Shown: positions 56,164 to 64,000 of the stretch, in pieces
Layout: each line of letters starts with the position of its first letter
Numbering within the stretch: the first letter of the stretch is position 1
Translations under genes and position numbers: made by a program
Notes under the pieces: model-generated
Told to the model about the DNA's origin: nothing
The model's database searches: none
Seen by the model: the letters and a program-made list of their open reading frames with translations, nothing else
DNA from: Bacillales bacterium UBA1427
GTDB taxonomy: Bacteria; Bacillota_I; Bacilli_A; ML615J-28; CAG-313
Reading direction: 5' to 3'
Length of the DNA: 64,000 nt
Assembly: GCA_002329485.1 (NCBI GenBank)
Contig: DCTZ01000005.1
Span: 26,332 to 90,331 of the forward strand

Positions 56164-56212
56164 AAGACAGTATACGACTAATGTTGAAAAAATATTCGTA
56201 AGGAGGAATATA

Positions 56213-59200
56213 ATGTCGAAAAAAGTTTTCCACTCAATGGATGGGAATCAAGCAGCGGCTTATGTAGCTTATGCCTTTACTGAGGTAGCAGGTATATATC
56301 CTATTACACCATCTTCACCGATGGCGGAGTATGCGGAAGAATGGGCAGCCCAAGGAAAGAAAAACCTCTTTGGCGTTCCTGTTAAAATCGTGGAAATGCA
56401 ATCCGAAGCAGGTGCTGCGGGAACAGTTCACGGTTCCCTGCAATCGGGCGCATTGACCACAACCTTTACCGCAAGCCAAGGTTTACTGCTTAAAATTCCT
56501 AATATGTATAAAATTGCCGGTGAATTGTTGCCAGGTGTAATCCATGTTTCGGCCCGCAGCATTGCTGCACAGGCACTATCGATTTTCGGTGACCAACAAG
56601 ACGTTATGGCAGCCCGTCAAACCGGTTTTGCCATGCTTGCAACTTCCAGCGTTCAGGAAATCATGGACCTTGCAGGAGTTGCGCACCTAGCTGCAATCAA
56701 ATCCAGCGTACCGTTTTTACATTTCTTTGATGGCTTCAGAACCAGCCATGAAATTCAAAAAATCGAAGTCTTGGACTACGAAGTCTTTGACAAATTGCTT
56801 GACAGAGAAGCGGTTGCGAAATTCAGACAACGTGCCCTCAGTTTTGAACATCCAGTAACCAGAGGTTCATCTCAAAACGAAGACATATATTTCCAAACAC
56901 GCGAAGTAGCAAACAAGTATTATGAAGCTGTTCTTGACATTGTCAATGATTACATGAAGGAAATCTCCAAAATCACCGGTCGGAATTATGCTCCGTTCGT
57001 TTACTACGGTGCCAAAGACGCAACCGATATTATCGTTGCGATGGGTTCCGTAACCGAAACAATCAAATCTGTTGTCGATTATCTCAACAAACAAGGTCGC
57101 AAGACCGGTTGCTTGGTTGTTCATCTGTATCGTCCGTTCTCAACCAAATATTTGTTTAACGTCTTGCCGAAGACCGTTGAACGCGTAGCGGTACTTGACA
57201 GAACCAAAGAACCAGGCTCCATCGGCGAACCGTTGTATTTGGACGTCAAAGCGGCTTTCTACAATAAAGAAAATGCTCCGTATATCATCGGCGGACGTTA
57301 CGGCTTATCCAGCAAGGATACGACTCCGGCCCAGATTATTGCGGTATTCGATCATTTGGCTAAGAAAGGACATGACGGTTTCACCATCGGTATCAACGAT
57401 GACGTAACCAATTTAAGCCTTCCTGCCGGAAAAGAAATCAGAATCCATGAAGACGTTACCGAACTGATTTTCTACGGACTCGGAAGCGACGGAACCGTCG
57501 GTGCCAACAAGAACACCATCAAGATCATCGGCGAAAAGACCGACCTCTACGGTCAAGCTTATTTTGCCTATGACTCGAAGAAGAGCGGGGGCGTAACAAG
57601 ATCCCACTTGCGTTTCGGCAAGAATCCGATTCAGATGCCTTACCTCGTAACGCTTGCGGACTTCATCAGCTGCAGCTTGGATACCTATGTTCGCAAATAC
57701 GACATGCTTAAGTACTTGAAAGACGGAGGAACCTTCTTACTCAACACCGTAAGAAAACCGGACGAAATCGAAGCTTTCCTGCCAAATCATTTCAAGAAAA
57801 AATTAGCCGAAAAGCATGCGAAATTCTATATTATTGATGCGGTCAACCTAGCCGTGGAAATCGGTTTGGGTCACCGTACCAATACAATTCTCCAATCAGC
57901 CTTCTTTAAACTGAACGAACAAATTCTGCCGTATGAACAGGCAAAACAAGAAATGAAGAATTTTGCCGAAAAGAGTTATTCGCGCAAAGGCCGCGAAATT
58001 GTCGAACTCAACTTCAAAGCCATCGATAAAGGCGCCGAAGGTCTAATCGAAATCCCTGTCAAACCGGAATGGGTGAACCTGCCGGGCGACGACGATTTCG
58101 AAAGCGAAGACCGTCCGGATTTCGTTAAGAACATTGCCGACGAAATCAATGCCATGAACGGCGGCGAATTACCTGTTTCCGCATTCCTCGATTACGCCGA
58201 CGGAACTATGCCTAACGGCGCAGCCGCATATGAAAAACGTTCCATCGCCAACTTCGTTCCGGAATGGAATCCGGAAAACTGTATCCAATGTAACCAATGC
58301 TCGTTCGTTTGTCCTCATGCCGTAATCAGACCGTTCCTGGCTACAGACGAAGAAATGAAAAATGCTCCGGAAGGCACTATCGTGCTTAACGCTACCGGCA
58401 AAGGCTTGGAAGGCTTGCATTACTCTATCCAGATTTCGACTTACGACTGCACGGGTTGCGAATCCTGCGTCAACATCTGCCCGGGCAGAAAAGGCGAAAA
58501 GGCTCTCAAGATGGTTCCGATCGAAGAAGCAATCGAAAAAGGCCAACCGAACAGAGCTTCCTACTTCTTCAACAACGTTACTTACAAAGATTCGCTTGTC
58601 GACAAGACGCAAAGCGCCAAGAACAGCCAATTCGCACAACCGTTGTTTGAATTCTCTGGTGCCTGCGCAGGCTGCGGCGAAACTTCCTATATCAAACTTG
58701 CCACTCAATTGTTCGGTGACCGGATGGTAATCGCCAATGCCACAGGCTGCTCGTCGATTTACGGCGGAAGCTATCCTTCAACCGTTTATACCAAGAACGC
58801 CAAGGGCGTAGGACCTGCATGGGCCAACTCGCTCTTCGAAGACAATGCCGAATTCGGTTTCGGTATGAAAATTGCCTCCGAAGCATTGCGCGACCAAATC
58901 CAGGTTTTGATGGAACAGGCTATCGAAAAGAACGAACTACCGGAAATGCAGCCGTTGTTTGAAAAATGGATGCAAAACAGAAACAGTTCCGAAATCACCA
59001 AAGAAGTTCGCGACGAATTGGTTCCTCTCCTTGAAAAATCGAATAACCCAATCGCCAAACGCATTTTCGAACTCAAAGACAATCTTGTCAAACGTTCGCA
59101 ATGGATTATCGGCGGCGACGGCTGGGCTTATGATATCGGTTACGGAGGATTGGACCACGTTATCGCCAACAACGAAGATGTCAATATCCTGGTTCTCGAT

Positions 59201-59755
59201 ACCGAAGTTTATTCCAACACAGGCGGTCAATCTTCGAAATCCAGCCAAACCGGTTCGATTGCCAAATTCACGGCTGCCGGTAAACACGGTAAGAAGAAAG
59301 ACTTAGCCGCAATCGCCATGAGTTACGGCCATGTCTATGTTGCCTACATCGCTCACGGCGCAAGCCAAGCCCAAATGCTCAAGGCAATGAAAGAAGCTGA
59401 AAGTTATCCGGGACCATCCCTAATCATCGCTTACTCTCCATGTATTTCCCATGGTCTTCGCGAAGGTATGGGCAAAGCCCAACAACAGGCCAAGCTTGCT
59501 GTTGAATGCGGATACTGGACATTGCTCCGTTACGACCCGCGTTTAGCCGAAGAAGGCAAGAACCCATTGCAAATCGACTCGAAAGAACCGAACTGGGATC
59601 TGTACAACACCTTCCTGATGAGCGAAACACGTTATGCTCAATTGAAACAAATCAATCCGACCGAAGCCAACTACCTGCTTGAACAAAACATGAAAGAAGC
59701 ACAAAAACGTTACAGGAATTATGTCCGTTTGGCTTCATTGGATTACTCCAAATAA
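56213..59755 (+). CDS. nifJ: Pyruvate:ferredoxin (flavodoxin) oxidoreductase, single-polypeptide NifJ type
   Basis: MSKKVFHSMDGNQAAAYVAYAF... Two ferredoxin motifs (CIQCNQCSFVCPH; CTGCESCVNICP) and TPP-binding GGDGWAYDIGYGGLDH. About 1180 aa. AAGGAGG lies upstream of the ATG at 56213. Confidence 0.95.
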   Translation: MSKKVFHSMDGNQAAAYVAYAFTEVAGIYPITPSSPMAEYAEEWAAQGKKNLFGVPVKIVEMQSEAGAAGTVHGSLQSGALTTTFTASQGLLLKIPNMYKIAGELLPGVIHVSARSIAAQALSIFGDQQDVMAARQTGFAMLATSSVQEIMDLAGVAHLAAIKSSVPFLHFFDGFRTSHEIQKIEVLDYEVFDKLLDREAVAKFRQRALSFEHPVTRGSSQNEDIYFQTREVANKYYEAVLDIVNDYMKEISKITGRNYAPFVYYGAKDATDIIVAMGSVTETIKSVVDYLNKQGRKTGCLVVHLYRPFSTKYLFNVLPKTVERVAVLDRTKEPGSIGEPLYLDVKAAFYNKENAPYIIGGRYGLSSKDTTPAQIIAVFDHLAKKGHDGFTIGINDDVTNLSLPAGKEIRIHEDVTELIFYGLGSDGTVGANKNTIKIIGEKTDLYGQAYFAYDSKKSGGVTRSHLRFGKNPIQMPYLVTLADFISCSLDTYVRKYDMLKYLKDGGTFLLNTVRKPDEIEAFLPNHFKKKLAEKHAKFYIIDAVNLAVEIGLGHRTNTILQSAFFKLNEQILPYEQAKQEMKNFAEKSYSRKGREIVELNFKAIDKGAEGLIEIPVKPEWVNLPGDDDFESEDRPDFVKNIADEINAMNGGELPVSAFLDYADGTMPNGAAAYEKRSIANFVPEWNPENCIQCNQCSFVCPHAVIRPFLATDEEMKNAPEGTIVLNATGKGLEGLHYSIQISTYDCTGCESCVNICPGRKGEKALKMVPIEEAIEKGQPNRASYFFNNVTYKDSLVDKTQSAKNSQFAQPLFEFSGACAGCGETSYIKLATQLFGDRMVIANATGCSSIYGGSYPSTVYTKNAKGVGPAWANSLFEDNAEFGFGMKIASEALRDQIQVLMEQAIEKNELPEMQPLFEKWMQNRNSSEITKEVRDELVPLLEKSNNPIAKRIFELKDNLVKRSQWIIGGDGWAYDIGYGGLDHVIANNEDVNILVLDTEVYSNTGGQSSKSSQTGSIAKFTAAGKHGKKKDLAAIAMSYGHVYVAYIAHGASQAQMLKAMKEAESYPGPSLIIAYSPCISHGLREGMGKAQQQAKLAVECGYWTLLRYDPRLAEEGKNPLQIDSKEPNWDLYNTFLMSETRYAQLKQINPTEANYLLEQNMKEAQKRYRNYVRLASLDYSK

Positions 59756-59767
59756 TTTGATTGAAAT

Positions 59768-59796
59768 AAAGGGGGCCAAACAGCCCCCTTTTTTTC
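59768..59796 (+). terminator. Rho-independent terminator after nifJ
   Basis: AAAGGGGGC (59768-59776) pairs with GCCCCCTTT (59783-59791). Followed by TTTTT. Confidence 0.85.
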
Positions 59797-59823
59797 ATGC
59801 CCGAATTTTTAAAATTAATTGAT

Positions 59824-59852
59824 TTGTCATTTTCCTTTCTTTCGTGTATAAT
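59824..59852 (+). promoter_or_regulatory. Sigma-A promoter for the two unknown membrane-protein genes
   Basis: TTGTCA (59824-59829), 17 nt, TATAAT (59847-59852). Confidence 0.6.
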
Positions 59853-59915
59853 ATGGCTATATATAGTCTTATCGGAGATAATTAAAAAGATTATCGGACA
59901 AAGGAGGTCCTATAG

Positions 59916-60209
59916 ATGGTAAAAAGAAAAATAGTTGCGGTTACGCCGCTTGTGGCAACTTTGGCATTTTTGATGCTCGGGTTTATTTGGGATGCCTGGC
60001 ATCCGGGTTGGATCGTGTTTTTATCCATTCCGGTCGTGGGCACAATCGAAAAACTGACGCGCAAAAACCTGAAAGCCAAAATTGTATCCCTGACGTTTTT
60101 ATTCTGTCTGATTGCTTTCTTCGTCATCGGTTTCGTTTGGGACGCTTGGCATCCGGGTTGGCTTGTGTTCTTTATGATACCGATTGTGTCGACACTGCTT
60201 TATGCATAG
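59916..60209 (+). CDS. Small membrane protein built from two tandem 2-TM repeats with GFxWDAWHPGW motif
   Basis: 97 aa. LGFIWDAWHPGWIVFLSIP and IGFVWDAWHPGWLVFFMIP. GGAGG RBS upstream. Confidence 0.65.
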   Translation: MVKRKIVAVTPLVATLAFLMLGFIWDAWHPGWIVFLSIPVVGTIEKLTRKNLKAKIVSLTFLFCLIAFFVIGFVWDAWHPGWLVFFMIPIVSTLLYA

Positions 60210-60219
60210 GATAGAATAA

Positions 60220-61032
60220 ATGGAACCTTCAAAACACGAACAACAGCTAAACTACGCTTTAAAGAAAAACAAGCCGCGTCTTTTGTTTCCTATCCTGAAT
60301 ACGGTTTTTGCGGTTGCGATATCGGCCTTTCTGACGGTTGTCGCAATTAAGCAGAAACAACCGGTTTGGGTATATTTCGTCATTTTGTTCTTTTTGGTAA
60401 TATATCCTTTAAGCAGTTGGTACAACGGTTATTTTTCCAAAAAAGATGCCCGGAAAAGAATCTACAACGTTCAGGAAGAAGCCCAACAGATGCTTGAGTA
60501 TTCCAAACATTTGATTCGACGGACCAAGTATCAGCTGACCGAAGAAAGCCATTTGGATTTTTTGGCAAATTACGCTGATTCGGCATCAAATCAAAAAGTA
60601 ACCTTTAACGAAAAGACCAAAGAGTTTGAACCCTTAAGCATCGTCAAGAATAAGAAACTCGCACTCCTTACAATCGGGTTGTCGTTTGCGGGGGTGGGGA
60701 TCGATCCCGCAACCAAAGAAGTGAAAGGAATCATGGGAATGGTCCCTTGTTCGATTTGGATTAAGAAAAAACTGACTCCCCCAATCGCCAAACCCGGAAG
60801 CGTTTCGGTCGATTTCAAAGATTATGCCGTCGATGACGAAGTGATTTTCCAATACCGCCAAAAAGAAGATATCTATTACGATCCGAAAAGCGGATGGCTT
60901 TGCTTCGGAACGCGAAAAACAACCCAAATCGACGAAGCGGTCAAAATCGCGGACGATGCGATTTTAGTAATTAGAAACCAGGATTTGGTGTCCATTTGGG
61001 TAAAGGCAAGCGAAAACATTGCTTTCCGTTAA
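60220..61032 (+). CDS. Hypothetical membrane-anchored protein (2 N-terminal TM segments plus soluble domain of about 190 aa)
   Basis: 270 aa. Starts 10 nt after the preceding gene. LLFPILNTVFAVAISAFLTVVAI and VWVYFVILFFLVIYPLSSW. I recognise no family. Confidence 0.55.
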   Translation: MEPSKHEQQLNYALKKNKPRLLFPILNTVFAVAISAFLTVVAIKQKQPVWVYFVILFFLVIYPLSSWYNGYFSKKDARKRIYNVQEEAQQMLEYSKHLIRRTKYQLTEESHLDFLANYADSASNQKVTFNEKTKEFEPLSIVKNKKLALLTIGLSFAGVGIDPATKEVKGIMGMVPCSIWIKKKLTPPIAKPGSVSVDFKDYAVDDEVIFQYRQKEDIYYDPKSGWLCFGTRKTTQIDEAVKIADDAILVIRNQDLVSIWVKASENIAFR

Positions 61033-61047
61033 GAAAAATCAATAAAA

Positions 61048-61090
61048 AAATCAGAGGAAGTCCAAAAAAAGGCTTCCTCTGATTTGTTAT
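61048..61090 (+). terminator. Rho-independent terminator
   Basis: AAATCAGAGGAAG (61048-61060) pairs with CTTCCTCTGATTT (61073-61085). Followed by GTT. Confidence 0.75.
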
Positions 61091-61156
61091 ATTTATGCAT
61101 ATTGAGTGCGTATATTACCTATTTTTGATATAATAATAAATTGAGGTAGATTGACC

Positions 61157-62497
61157 ATGAAAACAATTATTATCAAAATAACAATTGCTTTTTTCTTTTT
61201 CGCAGTAATACCCACAGCTTTATTCGTGGACGCAGAAAGCGAATACCTGATTAAAAGGTTCTTTTATTGGGATTACCTTGATACCATCAGCGAAATCAGG
61301 GTGGAATACAATAAAAACCAATACAGCGACGACGATTTAAAAAAAGTTAACGAGGAAATCGAAAAGATTCTGTTAGATATCGAAAAAAACTTTTCGATAT
61401 CCGTTACTCCCATGATGGGAAGCTATAAGATTGAAGAATCGACTTTAATGAAAATCAACCGGCTGAGCGGCTCGGGCGAACGGACAACCGTCAACCAGGA
61501 TTTCCTCGATTTGATAAAAGTGGCAATCGATGTAGCCGAAGCAACGGATGGCGGATTCGATCCGACCATCGGGCCCTTAACGACGCTTTGGAATATTTCC
61601 GAATTGTCGCAGTATTGTAGGACCGACAGTTGGGGGGATTACAATCCCGAGTATTGCGTAGTACCTTCCGAAGAAAAAATTAACCAGGCTCTCGAAAAAA
61701 TTGATTACCGTTTAATCGAAATCGACGAAACCGCAAAAACCGTTTATCTTCCGGAACCCGGCATGAAACTGGATTTGGGGGCCATTGCCAAAGGGTTTGC
61801 GGCGGACAAGGTGACCGAATATCTAATCGACCAGGGTTTCGAGTTTTTCCTGATTAGTCTCGGGGGAAATGCCTACAACTACGGCGAAAGCAAAATCTAC
61901 CCCGGTAAAACCGGTACGCTTTTGACTAATCCGTTCGGCGGCAAATACCTGATTAAATTTTTAGGCAATTCCCAAACCATCGTAACGTCCGGAGTTTACG
62001 AACGCTACATCGAGGTTGGAAACGATATATATCACCACCTTTTGAATCCGAAAACCGGATACCCTTACGAAAACAATCTGATGTCCGTATCCATTGTTTT
62101 AAATTACCGGGAAGGCTATTACGCATCGGCGTTTGCGGACGCGTTTGCGACCGGCATCTATGCGCTCGGTTTGGAAGACGGTTTGGCTTATGCCGAAAAC
62201 CGTCCCGACATGGAAGCGGTAGCCATCACCAAGGACAAAAAAGTCTATGCCACAAGCAAACTCGATTTTGAGCCTTACAATGGTCTGACGGACGAGTTCG
62301 AACTTTTCGTGGGCGGGGAAAAAGTCGATTTCGAACCGCTTCCGACCAATCCGACCAACCCGGAAAATCCGACCGATCCGTACGATCCGACTAGAGATTT
62401 GCTGATAGCGTTAATCTTTATCGTTGTTGGTTTCGGGGCAACGGTGTTATTGGTCTTCACATTGAAAAAACCCAAGAATAAAACAAAAGAGGAATAA
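61157..62497 (+). CDS. apbE: FAD:protein FMN transferase (ApbE family), exported, with Pro/Thr/Asn-rich linker and C-terminal TM anchor
   Basis: N-terminal signal/TM MKTIIIKITIAFFFFAVIPTALF. GGFDPTIGPL, LDLGAIAKGFAADKV and ISLGGN are ApbE motifs. Tail PLPTNPTNPENPTDPYDPTRDLLIALIFIVVGFGATVLLVF. Confidence 0.8.
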   Translation: MKTIIIKITIAFFFFAVIPTALFVDAESEYLIKRFFYWDYLDTISEIRVEYNKNQYSDDDLKKVNEEIEKILLDIEKNFSISVTPMMGSYKIEESTLMKINRLSGSGERTTVNQDFLDLIKVAIDVAEATDGGFDPTIGPLTTLWNISELSQYCRTDSWGDYNPEYCVVPSEEKINQALEKIDYRLIEIDETAKTVYLPEPGMKLDLGAIAKGFAADKVTEYLIDQGFEFFLISLGGNAYNYGESKIYPGKTGTLLTNPFGGKYLIKFLGNSQTIVTSGVYERYIEVGNDIYHHLLNPKTGYPYENNLMSVSIVLNYREGYYASAFADAFATGIYALGLEDGLAYAENRPDMEAVAITKDKKVYATSKLDFEPYNGLTDEFELFVGGEKVDFEPLPTNPTNPENPTDPYDPTRDLLIALIFIVVGFGATVLLVFTLKKPKNKTKEE

Positions 62498-62499
62498 AT

Positions 62500-63357
62500 A
62501 TGTCCATATTGCAAATCAGAAACCTTCACGTTTCCGTTGAAGGAAAAGAAATTTTGAAAGGAATCAATCTGGAAATCAAAACCGGAGAATTCCATGTCAT
62601 CATGGGTCCGAACGGAACCGGCAAATCAACCCTTGCCTCGACCGTTATGGGTCATTACAAATACGAAGTCACCAAAGGAGAAATCGCTTTGGACGGCGAA
62701 AACGTGTTGGCGATGCCGGTTGACGAAAGATCGCGCAAAGGCCTATTTTTGGCCATGCAATACCCAAGCGAAATCAGCGGGGTAACGAATGCGGATTTTA
62801 TCAAAACTGCTCTTCAGGCACGTCTTCCGGAAGGCGAACATATCTCGCTTTTCAAATTCATCAAAACTCTCGACAAAGCAAGCGCGGAACTCAAGATGCA
62901 CAGCGATTTGCCGCACCGCTATGTCAACGTCGGTTTTTCGGGTGGCGAAAGAAAACGCAACGAAATTCTGCAGATGAAAATCCTGAAACCGAAATTCGCG
63001 ATACTCGACGAAATCGATTCCGGCCTTGACGTCGATGCGCTTCGTATCGTCGGCGAAAACGTCAGTTCCATGAAAAGCAGCGATTTCGGGGCTCTGATCA
63101 TTACCCATTATGAACGGCTTTTGGATTATATCGATGTCGATTATGTCCACGTCATGCTGGATGGCCAAATTGTCAAATCGGGCGGAAAAGAACTGATTGC
63201 CCAAATCGACGAAAAAGGTTACGACTGGATCAAAGACGAGCTGGGTCTTTTCGACGAACCGATCAACGTCATCGGCAAAGTCAGTGTCGGCACCTGTGCC
63301 GTCAAAAATATGATAGATTCGGGAAATGGTACCAATGGCAACAATAACAATCGCTAA
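62500..63357 (+). CDS. sufC: Fe-S cluster assembly ATPase SufC (with about 25-aa C-terminal extension)
   Basis: MSILQIRNLHVSVEGKEILKGINLEI...GPNGTGKSTL...FSGGERKRNEILQM...AILDEIDSGLD...ITHY. Confidence 0.93.
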   Translation: MSILQIRNLHVSVEGKEILKGINLEIKTGEFHVIMGPNGTGKSTLASTVMGHYKYEVTKGEIALDGENVLAMPVDERSRKGLFLAMQYPSEISGVTNADFIKTALQARLPEGEHISLFKFIKTLDKASAELKMHSDLPHRYVNVGFSGGERKRNEILQMKILKPKFAILDEIDSGLDVDALRIVGENVSSMKSSDFGALIITHYERLLDYIDVDYVHVMLDGQIVKSGGKELIAQIDEKGYDWIKDELGLFDEPINVIGKVSVGTCAVKNMIDSGNGTNGNNNNR

Positions 63358-64000
63358 TTCCGTTACCCAACCGCTCGTTATCGAAGACCGGGACGAAAAA
63401 CAATTAATCCGCGTTTTGCCCTTGCAAAAGGCCATCCTTTATCATAAAAATAATAACGGTATCAGACATACAGAAATAACCTTGGAAGAAGGAGCAAATC
63501 TTACTTATCTGCTTTGGCAAAACGAAGGGGTTTTGGACGTCCGATTCGATATCTCTCTGAAACAAGATTCTTCCCTTACGTTTTATACCATGACTTCTTC
63601 GAACAAAAGCATAACGATGAATCCTTCGATTTACCTGAAGGGCGAAGGTGCTTCTGTTCAAGTCATGAATGTCTTTTTGGCATTGGACGATGCGAAAGTA
63701 TCGTGCGATTCATTCATTCTGCACGAAAAAGGAAACACGCAAAGCGTTCACGAAAGCTATATCATCGCTTTGGACGAAGCGAGCGTGAAAGTTAACAACA
63801 ATTCCAAAATCATAAAAGGCGCTTCAAAAAGCAATGCCAACCAGGTTGCGAAAGGCCTTATCATTGGCGAAAAGAGCCAGATAACCGCCGACCCCAATCT
63901 GTTTATCGAAGAACACGATGTCATCGCGCACCACGGGGCGGCTATCGGTTCTTTGAACAAAGATGAAATGTTCTATCTGATGAGCCGGGGCTTATCCGAA
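63326..64000 (+). CDS. sufD: SufB/SufD-family Fe-S assembly protein (short SufD-like), 3' end outside window
   Basis: Hand translation in this frame is open to the window edge: MVPMATITIANSV...GEGASVQVMNVFLALDDAKVS...QVAKGLIIGEKSQITADPNLFIEEHDVIAHHGAAIGSLNKDEMFYLMSRGLSE (SufBD beta-helix and HGA motif). It is absent from the ORF track because no stop is reached. The start could be 63326 or 63335. Confidence 0.8.
   Translation, partial: MVPMATITIANSVTQPLVIEDRDEKQLIRVLPLQKAILYHKNNNGIRHTEITLEEGANLTYLLWQNEGVLDVRFDISLKQDSSLTFYTMTSSNKSITMNPSIYLKGEGASVQVMNVFLALDDAKVSCDSFILHEKGNTQSVHESYIIALDEASVKVNNNSKIIKGASKSNANQVAKGLIIGEKSQITADPNLFIEEHDVIAHHGAAIGSLNKDEMFYLMSRGLSE

Noticed and set aside
12581-62030. 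An apparent excess of alternating (AT)4-6 tracts scattered through the window. By eye there are about two dozen ATATATAT-type runs, for example near 14195, 17413, 21273, 42953, 43763, 45073 and 52783.
   Set aside because: Every coding example I checked is an in-frame Ile(ATA)-Tyr(TAT) or Tyr-Ile pair, for example DIY in Mfd, HIY in Fhs and IIYIF in EcfT. The pattern follows from this genome's preference for ATA and TAT codons. It is not a dispersed repeat element.
1-64000. rRNA or tRNA genes, CRISPR arrays, transposases, integrases, prophage genes, toxin-antitoxin pairs, or recoding events (TGA read as Trp, programmed frameshifts).
   Set aside because: None was seen. All large conserved genes read through uninterrupted with the standard code, and the intergenic regions are short apart from 2198-3396. 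No intergenic region showed tRNA- or rRNA-like sequence by eye.

Overview
This window is about 64 kb next to the replication origin of a low-GC Gram-positive (Bacillota) chromosome, read with the standard genetic code. All homology calls come from reading the supplied translations; no search was run. The gene content points to an endospore former (spoVT, cwlJ-gerQ, ricT/yaaT) with anaerobic metabolism (pyruvate:ferredoxin oxidoreductase, formate-THF ligase/FolD, a B12/radical-SAM enzyme). Species unknown.

Layout:
- 1-9.4 kb: dnaN (3' part), a 2.5-kb insert, then yaaA-recF-gyrB-gyrA.
- 9.4-25.4 kb: T-box-controlled serS, HIT, cwlJ-gerQ, ppa, fhs-folD-pth-mfd-spoVT, degV, fba, ilvA.
- 25.4-40.3 kb: complete S10-spc-alpha ribosomal cluster, rpsJ to rplQ (including secY, adk, map, infA, and rpmJ, which the ORF track misses).
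- 40.4-44.2 kb: NusG_II-domain gene, ecfA1-ecfA2-ecfT-truA.
- 44.3-48.6 kb: small accessory block with two paralogous lipoprotein amidases.
- 48.7-52.8 kb: tmk-holB-ricT-yabB-rsmI.
- 52.9-64 kb: murE and a radical-SAM gene (minus strand), nifJ-type PFOR, two unknown membrane proteins, apbE-sufC-sufD (3' end cut by the window).

I found no rRNA, tRNA, CRISPR array, transposase or integrase.

Most unusual observations:
1. A plasmid-style ParA plus ribbon-helix-helix gene pair sits between dnaN and yaaA. Beside it is a 1.2-kb ORF-free, A/T-rich region packed with three families of short repeats.
2. RpoA carries a tandem second alpha-CTD-like domain that lacks the DNA-contact arginine.
3. Several core proteins are decorated or altered: a highly acidic N-terminal extension on GyrA, a Lys-rich extension on L29, and MurE with EDPY in place of DNPR.
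4. Synteny breaks after truA, where tandem lipoprotein amidases take the place of rplM-rpsI.

The rest is ordinary, tightly packed housekeeping DNA.
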